Made by a program: the position numbers and the translations under genes. Shown here piece after piece: positions 46,701 to 58,700 of a stretch of 60,229 nt of DNA. The stretch comes from an uncultured Planctomycetales bacterium (lineage in GTDB: Bacteria > Omnitrophota > Gorgyraeia > Gygaellales > Profunditerraquicolaceae). The notes under the pieces were generated by a model. It did no database searches, had not been told where the DNA came from, and saw only the letters and a list, made by a program, of their open reading frames with translations. The DNA lies in assembly GCA_964579435.1 (NCBI GenBank), contig CAZOGI010000009.1, positions 1-60,229 of the forward strand. Reading direction: 5' to 3'. Each line of letters begins with the position of its first letter. The first letter of the stretch is position 1.

Positions 46701-49700
46701 GGCGGTGACTGTGTGTGCCGCCGGAATGCCAAAGGCGGAGAAATTCCAGTCAGGGCGAGTGACACAGAGCGCTTCAAAGAGTTTTTGGACCTGCGGCAGA
46801 TTATCCGGGGTAACCGCTCCTGACGCCGCCAGCCGCCGCAAACAATCGTTTGCAAAAAACGAGTTCCTGCGTGCCCTTTCCGAAATCAAAGCAATGAGTG
46901 CTTTCACCCGGTCAAAGCTTGCCTCGGTAATGACCCCTGCTTCTGCCAAAGCACCCAATGATTGGTAGTCATCCGAAGCGGCTCCTTTCTGTGCAAGAGA
47001 TAGCAGGTACGCACGATCAAGTACGAGTCGATCCAACCCCTTGCTCCGCACCTTTTCAGCGAGCTGTTGTAAAGCACTATAATAGAGGAAAGAATCCGAC
47101 GTGAAAGAAGCGAAAGTAGACAGAAGCGTAAGATCCAACACCACCGGATCCAGTTGTCGCTGCCTGACACCTCTGGCCAGATCCGCAAAGGCCTTGAGAT
47201 TAGCCTGTACACTCCCCTGCGGGATCGACTCATCGGTCATGGAGGAAAACAGAGCGGCAACGGCCTGCCCATCGCTCTCTTTGATGCTGCCGCTGCGCAC
47301 CAATTCCGCTATTGCCGCACGCATAGCTTCATGATACGACACGCCAACTCTCGAGCGCGCCAGCTCAAACAGTACGCTTGTCAAAGACTCTTCCGGCGCC
47401 TGAGCGGACACCGGACCAACGGCACCAGAGACCTTCTGGTCAAAACGGGAAAACAGGGCCGGATCCTGATGCACCGCTTCGTACCCCTTTTCCTCCATGA
47501 CCTTGCAGAATTCAGCCCAGGGCAAACGATAGATCGGCAATAAAAACTCCCGGGTAGTTATATCCAGCGCCTTGAAATCGGTCTCTGCCAATCCCGGTTT
47601 CTGCGCCTGCATCAGATACAGCTTCTGTTTCAGGGAAAGCGCCAAGGCGACATCCCCCGTTGCCAAAGCACGGGCATACAGCTCCCCGAACTCCGCTCCC
47701 TCGAGCAACTCGTCGTAATCCTGATCGAGCGGTTCGGGAGGCAACGTTTTTATGAGCATCAAAAAGACATCGGGAGAAAAGAGCGTGTTGTTTTTGATCT
47801 TATCTGCGGTAATCGTCTGTGCCTCAAGCATCAGGTCAAGGGCGCCGAGGCTCGCTGCCGGCCTACCTGATGCGGCAAGCGAAGCGCTCAAGGCCGCTGC
47901 TTCCCCAATATTATCCGCAGAAACCGCCCCGGCTTCCGAGAGTATCTGCAACGCCTGCAGCGCATACCCCGGCCTGCCGCCGCTGTGAGCGATCATATCC
48001 TTCAGGAGCGCCGGCGTCAGCGCCCCCGGGACAAGACGTGCGATCCCCGGATCCAGAAGGAGCAGCTTAAGCGACTGCAAGGAATTAGCTGCCTTCTTCC
48101 CATCGATCCTGATGAGAGCAGTCAAAAGCTCCTTCTCCAGGAAATCTCCCGGGATCTTGCCGGTGGATACCGCCTCGCCGAGATTGAAGAGCTCGGTCAA
48201 AGCCGGATGAATGCCGGTTGCCGTATGCGCCCCCATCTCGGCAAGCACCGCCGGATCAATACAGCGGACGTCAACCTGGCCTTTGGCTGCCGCCATGCCT
48301 AACACCCCCAGGAATGCATAGGTTGCGGAAGCGTCATCCCCGGAATGTTCGGCAATGGCATATAACAAAGGAAAGGAAAAAACGGCGGGAGATGCTTCAT
48401 GGGTATTCACTTTTTGCGACAACTCTCCCAGCGCGCGCAAACTCGCAGCGGCAACATGCGGCCTTGTATAAATTATGCCGAAGAGCTTCTCGATATCCGC
48501 CGGCCCGACACTGCGCCCGCGCAAGGCTTGCGCAAGATGCAAAAAGCTCTCGAAAGAGATCCTGCAGAAGACCTCGTTGTGCCGGGCAAGACCGGTTAAA
48601 AACTCCAGCTTCGCCAACGCAGGATCGATTCTTCCCCCCGCGATCGCGTAGGCAATTTCGGCCACCTGTTCGATCGATTCCGTGGCAAAGACAAAGTTAA
48701 CCCCCTGGTCTACATTGGCAAGGACCGCGCGCATCAAGGAAACGACCTGCGCCCGTGTCTGCGGCGTCAAGAGACGAGCACCGGCTAAGGCGTCAAGCGC
48801 GGCAAGAATACTATCTTTATACGCAAGGCTCTTGGCATCGCTGGAGAGCTCTTCCCACACCTCCTGCGCCATCCCCGGGGCAGCCGGGGGAACAGGCCGA
48901 GTCACTGCTGTTGCAACCGGAGCCAGGCGCGCCTGCGCCTGGCGAGGAGCGGTATGCACCAGCTCAAAGTGCTTGTCCATGACTTCGCAGAATTGCTGCC
49001 ACGGCAAGCGGTAGAATGGCAAGGCCTCCCGCAGCACCGCGGGATCCTCATATGCAGGCAGAGAGCTGCCGCGGGTTGTTTCTTGCAAGGCGCGGTACAC
49101 CCGCTGTTTCAGGATCATCGCCCGGACCATATCGGGCTCACAGAGCACGCCGAGATAGGCCTGGCGCCGCGCATCGTCCTCGGTCAGCTCCGGGGTATCG
49201 CCGAGGATCCTGGCCCACTCCTCATCCTGCAGATGCTCGTGCAACGGCTTTTTGCTTATCTCCAGATAATTCTTGAGGCCGTTCTTGATCCCCAGGGTAT
49301 CGCCCGCCGCGTACAGGGTTCTGACAATCCGCAGCGCATCCTGCGGCGACGGCAGAGGAGGCGCTTCTTCGAAGGTCAACCGGGCGAATTCAAGCGAGGC
49401 GCCGAGTGCATACAGGAAAAACCGGCGGGCATCGGCGGAGAGCGCAGGATCCCCGGACCGCTCGATATATTCGTCGATCAAGGCCGGATTGAATTGCGCG
49501 GCATGGCCAAAGGCACGGGAGAGCCCCCAGATCTGACTGAACGCATCGGCCCCGGCAAACAAACGCAACGCTTTTTCGCGTAATGCCTGGCTCTGGGACA
49601 GAGAGCGCGCCAGCGCCAGCCCCAACAGAGGACTGTCGGTTGAGGTGGATTGCAGCCGTTCTTTCAACGTCTGCAGAAGGATCTGTGCCGTCTCCCCGCT

Positions 49701-52700
49701 GTTGCACGCTGCCCGGCCCAGGATCCCGGCAAGCGCCACCCGCGGGCGGACATTCTGCGTATTATCGAACAGCGCCAACACGCGCCTGACCTGTTCCGGC
49801 GTCAACCGCAAGGCAGGATTGCGCGCCAGAGCGCCCCGCAACGCAACCTGATACAACAGTTTCATCCCCGGATCCCTATTGTCTCTTTCGATAAGAACAA
49901 TCAGCCGTTCAGGCTGTATCCCGCTCTGAGCAATGGCTTCTCCGATCGCTTCGCCCAACGCAAGTTCGATCCCTTCGGAGAACGTAAATGTGGCTTCGGC
50001 GATCGCGCCCAATACCGCCTCGATCAGGGCAGGATGGTTGAGCATGGCCCGCCTGAGCGTCTCCGTGACGATCGAGCGCTCCGCCTCCAGGGACATGCCG
50101 CCGCGCGAACCCAGGAAGACGATCAAGGGATTGATCTGTTCCGGAGCCGGGCTCAATGCGGGATTTCGCTCAAGCATCAATCCGGCCAGCTCGGTAAAGG
50201 CAAGCAGCGCGCCGTCAGAGCCGAGCTGCCCGAAAACAAACGTTGCGTCCTGCTCGGAAACGCCCAATGCCGGATCATCCCGGATAATCCGCATCCACAG
50301 CTGCGCATCCCGCGCTCCCGCATCTTTACCTTTCTGGCGGATCGCATCGATAATTGCCGCCTGCGCCTGCGGCGGCACTTTCAGGCTGGTGTCGGCAGTC
50401 AAAGCCAGGTGCACCAGCGTCGAGACCTTCCCCCACGCGAAACGGGGATCCGAGACCAGGGCCAGGATCTTTTCCAGTTGGCCCGCTGAGACGCGCAAAT
50501 CCGCGTTAAACGAAAACGCCCCTTCCAAAGCCGAGGCGATACTTCCCGCCGCTTCGGGAACGCGGATACCGACTTCAAGGAGCGCGTTAACCTGCTCCTG
50601 GGAAAAGCGAAGCTTCATCTCGTAGATATCGTAAAAGAGAGCCCAGGCAAGCACCTTGACCGTGCCGGGATCATCGGCATGCCTGATCAATGCATCGAGA
50701 ATGAGGGGAACCAGAAGCGGGTTACTCACCGCTGCATTGGCCGCCACCGTGGTCAAGCTGAATTTCTCCTTATCGCTTGCGGCACGCCTGATGAAAGAAA
50801 CGAGCGTCTCCAGCTCCGGAGAACTCAGCTTGATCCCTCGATCGGCTTTCATCCTTTCGACTAAGCTCTTACAACGCAGATCCAGGCCCGTTTCGTTGCC
50901 CAGCAGCATCTTTAGTCCTTGGATCTGCGCTGCCAGGACACTTTCCGCTTCCTGCCCCATCGCCGGACTGCTCCCGGGAAGCGACAGGACGGCGCCTGGA
51001 TCCCGGTGCAGCGCCTCGTATCCTCTCTCCTCCATCACCTTGCAGAATTCGTTCCAGGGAAGGCTATAGATGCGCACCATCTGCGCCAGGATCAGCGGAT
51101 CCTCATGCGCAGCGAATTCTTTGCCTTGTTGCGCCTGCCACTGGCGGTACACCCGCTGTTTCATGACCATCGCCTGATGCGCATCGCGGGAAAAAAGAGC
51201 CTCCTGATAGAGCGCTCCGTGACCGTCACCGATCGCCGCGCCGCCGAAGGCCCCCTCCCTCAGCAGGATCAACCGCACATCGGCATTAACAAAGTTTTCT
51301 TCCGTGAGCCTTTCCGGGGTGATCTGCGCCGCCTGCCGCAGGAATGCCTCCAGGTTCCACCTGGCGTTTGCGATTCCGAACATATGGAAGATCTGCCTGA
51401 GCGCAGGAAGCGTCTTTGGGGTCAAGGCTTTCCTGCGTATAAGCTCTGCGCATATCCGAAAAGCCAGATCCGCATCCGCCGTAAACTCTTCGGCAAGAGC
51501 GGTCAGAAAAACGATATCAAACATCCCCTCGGCTCCGGTCTCGACGACCGCACCGAACACCAGTTGCAACGACGAAAATGCCCGATAGGTATTTTCTCCT
51601 GATTTATCGACGAGTACGGTAAAGAGCTTTTTAAGCTGCGCCTGCTCGCCTTCGGATATCTTTTCGTCAGTGAGCATATCCACCCACATACCCAAGACCT
51701 CCGAAAGCCGCCCTTGGGCACCCTCGGCCAGACGGACCAAAAACCCGGGATCCAACCACCCGGGATCAAGGTTGCGCTCTTTGACCTGCTCGGCCAGAAG
51801 GACCAGTGCGGCGTATGCGTCGCCCCCTGAGCTCGCGTGTCTGGCAAAACCCGACAGCAGGGAAGGATCGAACAGGCGTTGATCAAGTTCTTTCTGCTTC
51901 ACCTGCTCGGCCATCTTTGAAAGCTGCCAGAAGACATCCGCATCAGCCTCTTGGGCGACGCAGGCAATGAGCTCCAGATCAAGCACCGCAGGATTCAGCC
52001 CTTGTTCTTTCACCGTGGAAGCAAGATCACGCAGGCGCGAAAATCCCTCCCGCCCCGCATTATCATTGATGGCCACGATGACCCGGTCAATAACCGAAGA
52101 GAGATTGTTCCGCGTTACCGCACCGGCAGTGACGAGCCCGTGCAAGGCCGCAAATGCCCACAGCACCGTATCCCAATCCGCATCGACTCCCGCCCGCCTG
52201 CCCCTTATCAGCTTATCGACGAGCGAGGTCATAAGCTGCTGCGCGGCCTGCGGCTCCTGAGCGGAGATCACCCCGCTGACCAGAAACTCATGGAAATAGC
52301 GCCTCAAATGGACGTGGAATTTCTTCCCCGCCCCAAGCGCGCGCATGGCACCCAACAGCCGCTTCTCCGACTGCTGCATCGCAACCGCAGCTTGACCGTC
52401 CGCAACCCGTTGCTCACCCGCTGCGCCGCCTTCCTTGTGCAAAACCTCATACCCCTGCTCCTCCATCACCTTGCAGAACTCCTCCCAGGGGAGACTGTAG
52501 ATGCGCACGATCTTTGCCAAGGCCTCCCTATCCTCATGCGCAGCCAGCGACTTCTTCTCCCTGCTCAGAATCCAGCGCCGGTAGAGACGCTGCTTCATGA
52601 CCATCGCCTGATAGGGATCGCGGCTGAAGAGCGCCTCCTGATACAACCGGGCATCTCCTTCGGCATCCTTTGCATCCCCGTCAACCCCCAACCACCACCT

Positions 52701-55700
52701 GTCCCCGCCGATAACCGCCCCCGTGCGCAAAAGGATCAACTCGACATCCGGGGAAATGACCGTTCCCTCTTTGATCTGTTGGGGGGTAATCTCCTGCGCA
52801 TGAGCCTCTAAAGCGGCAAAATTCCATTGCTGTTGTCCATGATAAAGTTTACGCAGCAGCGCGATCGTCTCCGGGATTGTATCGGCGGTTACGGCCTTTG
52901 CCTTTACCAGGGCAAACAACGCCCCGCCTGCCGCAGGTGAATAGGCAATCCCGTTCTCATCCTGCGTATTCGAAACCAATTCCCTGATGAGCTGCTGTAT
53001 CGACGAAACATTCGCGGAGGTAGCGACTCCTTCCTTAGCCAGGGCAGTGATTGCCGGCAGGAGCCGGTACGTCTCCTGAGCGGCCCGGCCGCGGGTACAG
53101 CTCATATAGAGCGACCGCACCGCATCGAGGTTATCCGGGGAAACCAAAAGCCGTTGCGAAGCAAGCTTCCCGAGTTCGGCGTACGCTTGCGCGCGATTCT
53201 CTCCCTCGATCGAGGCAAGCCCCGCCAACAGCGCACGCACCGCCTTCAGATTACCGGCGGTAACGCATTCGGCGCTGATCAGGCCATCCAGAGCCAAAAG
53301 CGCATTCGTTGCGTGCTTGCCGGGAAGAGCAGCAAGCGTTTCAACGAGAGAACACACCTCCCGCACATTCGCTTCAGTCACCACCCCCGAGCTCACCAGC
53401 TGCTTATACCCGTCGGCGAGAAACTCAATGCTTTGCTCGGGCCGGTTGAAAGCCCGTTTGCTGGCTGCCGCAACCAGCTCGGCAACCAGATCGCGGCGCG
53501 TACCCGCAACCGGCTTCTTTGGCTGAACACCGGTATGCACCGCATCGTATCCCTGCTCCTCCATTACCTTGCAGAATTCGTTCCAGGGAAGGCTGTAGAT
53601 GCGCACCAGCTTCGCCAGCGCTGCCTTATCCTCATACGCCGGCAGCTCCTGTTTTTTCCGCTGCCATGCCCAACGCCGGTAAAGCAGCTGTTTCATGACC
53701 ATCGCCAGGTGCGGGTCCCGGCTCAACACTGCACGCCCGTAGAGCTCTTCATCGCTCTCCAGATCGCCTTCATCTTCGTCCAAACCCGAAGGGGCCAGCC
53801 ACCACCGCTGATCGGTGGGCACCGCTCCTTTACGCAGGAGGATCAGCTCGACATCCGGATTGATCAGCGTCCCGTCCTTGATCTGCTGCGCAGTGATCTC
53901 TGCGGCATGCTCCGCAAGGGCCCTGAAGTTCCATTTCGGCTGTACCAGGGAGAGCTTCCTGAACAACGCGATCGTTTCGGGAATGTTATCGGCGGTGACC
54001 GCTTTGGCTTTTGCCAGGGGCAGCAGCGCATCGTCCGCAGCATAAGGATCATCCAGACCGCTGCGATCTCCCGTATTATTGATCAACTCTTCCATGAGCG
54101 CCTGTACCTGCGCCACGTTCCCCGCGGTTGCGACACCGGCCTCGGCCAGTTCGCCGATATAATCGAAAAGGTGGCTTGCATCCCCTGCGGCACTGCCTTT
54201 TGCACAACTCAAGAAAAGCCTCCGGACCAAGATCAAATTATCCGCGGCAACAATCTGCTTTTTGTGTGCTAGGTCGGCCAGTTTTGAATACGCCCAAAGA
54301 CGGGCATCATCCTTGAGGGCGGCAAGGCCGGTGAGCAGGGATTTCACCTCCTTAAGATTCCCCTTCGTGACGCACCCGGCAAGCACCAGATAGTGGAATG
54401 CAAACAGGGCCTCACCGCCGAGTTCACCGGCTTTTTCGGTGACCTCGGTGAGCAACGAGCGGATCTCATCCACAGTGTCCGCAGTGACGATCCCGCGCCT
54501 GACAAGCTCTTGATACCCCGGCTTCAAAAAATCAATGGTCTGCTCTTGGAGGCCGAATTTCTTTAAGGAGACGACCGCAACCAGCTCAGCGGCCAGATCG
54601 CGGCGCGTTCCTGCAACCGGCTTCTTCGGCTGCGCACCGGCATGCAGCGAATCATAACCCTGCTCCTCCATCACCTTGCAGAATTCGTTCCAGGGCAGGC
54701 TGTAGATGCGCGCCAGCGGCCGCAGGATATCTGCCCCTTCGTACTCTTTAAGCTGCTTGCGCCGGCTCGCCTGCATCTGGCGGTACACCCGCTGCTTGAG
54801 CCGCATCGCAGGCAAGGCATCTTCGGCAAACAGCGCCTCCAGGTACAGTTCGCGGTTGGAATCATCCACCGTCACCGGCCCGAATGCCTGCTCGCGCAGC
54901 ATGATGAGCGCGACATCGGGATGAATGACGTCACTGCCCTGACTCAGCCGTTGCGCGATGGTCTCGCGATACCCCTGCAGCCGCTTTTCGAATATCCAAT
55001 CCGTGCGTCCGGCGCCGAGCGCCTTGAACAAAGACTCCACCGCCGCAAGATTCGCCGCGGTTACCGCGCCAGCCTTAACCAGCTCATTGAGCGTATTGAA
55101 CGCTTGTCCCGTATCGGGTTCTTTACGGGTACCGATGACCGCCACCAACAAGTGAGACGCCTGCTCGGCAGTATCCGCTGTCACCACCCCTGCGCTCGCC
55201 AGAATCCCGAGTGTCTGATACGCGAAACCGGCGTATTGCTGCGCCTGTTTTGCCAACCGGGTAAACAGAGTCTGAATCTGGCGTATGTTCTCCCCGGATA
55301 TCAATCCTGCCCCGGCAAACGCCTGTACGGCAGCAAACCCTTCTTCCGCGCTGCTGGCACCTGCTTCGGCGATCGCCGCCAGGAACACAAGGTCAAGGCA
55401 GGAGCGATCGAGCTTCTTCTTGCGGACCGCTTCGGCGAGCTCTCCGAGCTGGTGATAAACCGCCCAGGCGCGCATCGGCGCCGTGCGATGTATGGTCATC
55501 AAAAGCGCTTCGGCTGCCTTAAGGTTCTTATCGTTCACCGCGCCTGCTGTTACAAGCCCATGGATAGCGAAGCGAAGCTTATCATGGAAATTAATGCCGA
55601 TGCGGTCCTGGACCGCATCGAACAATGCCTTTTCCCACTGGACGGTGGCCGCAGCACGTGATCGAGTCCGTGGCTGCGTTGCCGCGGGGAGCCGCACGAC

Positions 55701-58700
55701 CTCGGTGTTACGGTGCAGCGCCTCATACCCCTTTTCCTCCATGACCTTGCAGAACTCTTTCCACGGCAGGCGATACAACGGCACCAGTTGCATCAGCGTC
55801 GACTCCTGTTCGAAAGCGGGGAGTGAAACGCCGCTTTTTCGTCCATCCGGCCGCTCGCCCCTGACAAGGCGGTAGAGCCGCTGCTTATAGATCATCGCCT
55901 CAAGCGGCCCCTCGGCAAAAAGTGCTTTTTTGAATTCCTCCTCCAGGACCATCGTCCGCTCGGCGAGTGTGCTATCCTTCAGGAGTATCAGCATAACATC
56001 CGGATGTATAAGGGTCCCCGCCTTGATCCTCCTGACTAATTCCTCCGCCGGCTGTGCGGCAACCAGCTCGCGCAATGCCTTGAGTGAACTATTCGCAAAC
56101 AGCGCCGGCCGGTTACGCGTCTCTCCCAAGAGCTCGACCAAAGACAGGAACGGCTCAAACGTCTGCGGCAACAGGATCTCGTGCTCAAGACAGTCCTTGA
56201 TCAATTCAAATCTGAGCCATTCGTTTCCGTTTTGCTGGCGGATAAAAGCGAATAATCTGCGCATGAGCCCTGTTTGTTGCCGGCTCACCATGCCGGCCTT
56301 GGCCAACGCGACAAACGTCGAATAATAACGGGCATCGAACGGTTGATTGCCGGTAAGCTCTTTTAAAAAGGAAACGTCTAAAAACCCGAGACCAAGCTTC
56401 TCTTCGAGCACCACATCGACCAATTCCGCGAACGAGCGCACCGGATCCCGGTACTGCAGAGAGATCAGGAAAGACTCGTAGGCCTTGCGATTCTTCTCGG
56501 TTATCACTCCCGCCTTGACCAGTTTCTGTATCGCGGAGAGTAGACCCTCATGCATATCGAGGGAACCGGCGACAGTATTGAAAACCAGATTGGCCAGCGC
56601 CCTGCCGCGTGCGGTCCGGGCAGGAGGAGTTACCTTCTTACGCAGCGGTTCGACGGCCTTTTCGATCCTCTCTTTTATGCCCCGGACTGCTGCAGGCCGC
56701 GCGTCAGATTGGGCCTTTGCGCCAATAGCCCGCAGCGCCTCTTGCGGCGACTCATGCACCTGGCGGTACTGCTTGTCCATGATGGCACAGAACTCTTTCC
56801 AAGGAAGACGGTAGATGACCGCCAGATCGGGGGAAAGCTTCTTGCCGGTATAAGCTGGTAACGATTTCTTGCCTTCCTGCATACGGTAGGTGCGCTGTTT
56901 CAACTCCATTGCCTTAAGCGTATCAGCGCTCAGCACCGCCTCGGCATAAACCCCACTGATGTCCTCATCCCCTCGTGCGAATGGAGTATCTCCCAGGATC
57001 AAAGCCCAATCCTGGTCGTGGACATCGGCATGGAAAGAAGCACCTTGACGTTCAAGATAAGCGTTGACCGCATAGAGAACCTCCGACCATTGGTCGGAAT
57101 CATGCAGCGTCTGAATGACCGCGCGCGCCAGCGCAGGCGGCAAGACAGGCGGACTGCCATAACAGAACACATACGAACTGTCCAGGACAAAGGTCAGTAT
57201 CTCGGGCAAGAGAGCGTTTCCCTCATAAAGTTCCATCAGCTGTTCAAGGAGCTTTGGATTCCAGCAGGCTGCGATGCCCAGGATCGCCCCAGACTTATCA
57301 TCCAGGTGGATCTTTTCCCCTTTCAAAACGCCCGGCAGCACCTGATTCAATACGGCGGTGTTTGAAGCGGCGATCTTAGCCAGGGCAGGGTAGAAATAAG
57401 TACTGATATTGGCCGTCAAATTCAGGTTGCTTGACGATATTCCGGCGCCAAGGCGCCGTGAAAACAGCTGTTCGAGCAACAATCTGCCATCTTCTTTTGT
57501 CGGGGTCAGAGGCACAGGGTTTTTTGCCAGCGCCGCCTGCAGGAGGACCGCGGATTTAAACGCCGCATCTTCGCGGATTTCATCAACCGCGTCGCCGTTT
57601 ATGTAATTGAGGATCGTGATATCGCTGCGGCAGACCGCGGCAACGAGCCTGGAGAGCAGGACGCCGCGCTCGGTGCCGCGATAGGGATAGACTGCTTCGG
57701 CAAACAGCGCGGAGAATGCATTGACCGTCACCTCCGCCAGGCGGGAGTCCCGCTCATAGGCGGCTGCGAGCGCCTGGGCGAGTGCGTACTTGAGCCGCGC
57801 ATCATCGGTACTCACCAGGCAATCGCTCAAAACAACGGCATCGGACACCGATACGGCTGCGGCACGGTCTTGAGCGAGGAGAGCGTTGAGCTGTTTGGCA
57901 AGGACTAATGCGGCTGCGGGATTCTTAAGCGAACCGCGGATCCGCTTTATCACAGCGGAGGCCGTCGTTGCTTGCGAAGCCGTTCTGGTTGGCCGGGCCG
58001 TCCCTGCGTTCATAGAACCGTCGGGCTGCCGCTCTAAAGCGTCGATAAACGGATTCTGGCGTAACGAAACGAGCGCCCCTAAAGCCTGGCGCAACTCTTG
58101 AATCGGACGCTTTGACTGGCTGAGCAACCGCGCGCACAGCGCCGCTTCTGCGGCCATGCTCTTTTCATTGACCCGCTCTCCCGCCTCATGGCGCAGCTCA
58201 TGGAATAACCCGGTAACGAACAAGGCGCGGGCAAGTACGGGATCCATGGAAAAGAGCGCCTTGTTGACCCCGATAAAACCGTTTTTGCGGCAATCCTCAA
58301 AAAGATGCTGCGACTTGTTTTCATCGAGGAGCGCAAGCATGATCTTTTTGCCGCGCAAACCGGTCAAGTCAATCCGGGATTTGCTGCCCGATGCCTCAGC
58401 CCATCGCTCCAAGGCCGCAAATGCCTCCTGAAGGAGCCCGGCCAGCTCTGTGCGGCCCACCCCCAGCTTCTGACGCAGCAGTTTTTCCTCATCGGCAGTC
58501 ACGGTAAAAGCAACCGCTTTTGCCCCGCGTGAGGTCGAGATCTCGATAACCTGCTGCGCCTTGCCGGCGCGCGAGGCCTGCTCCCGGCGGACGTCAACCG
58601 CAGAGGCGGCTTTGGTGAGCTTCAGGGCTTCGAAGTGTTCGGCCGCGGGCGATTCCTCATCGCTTTGCCGGGGAGGTGCCGGTAACGGCGCCGCTGCCCC

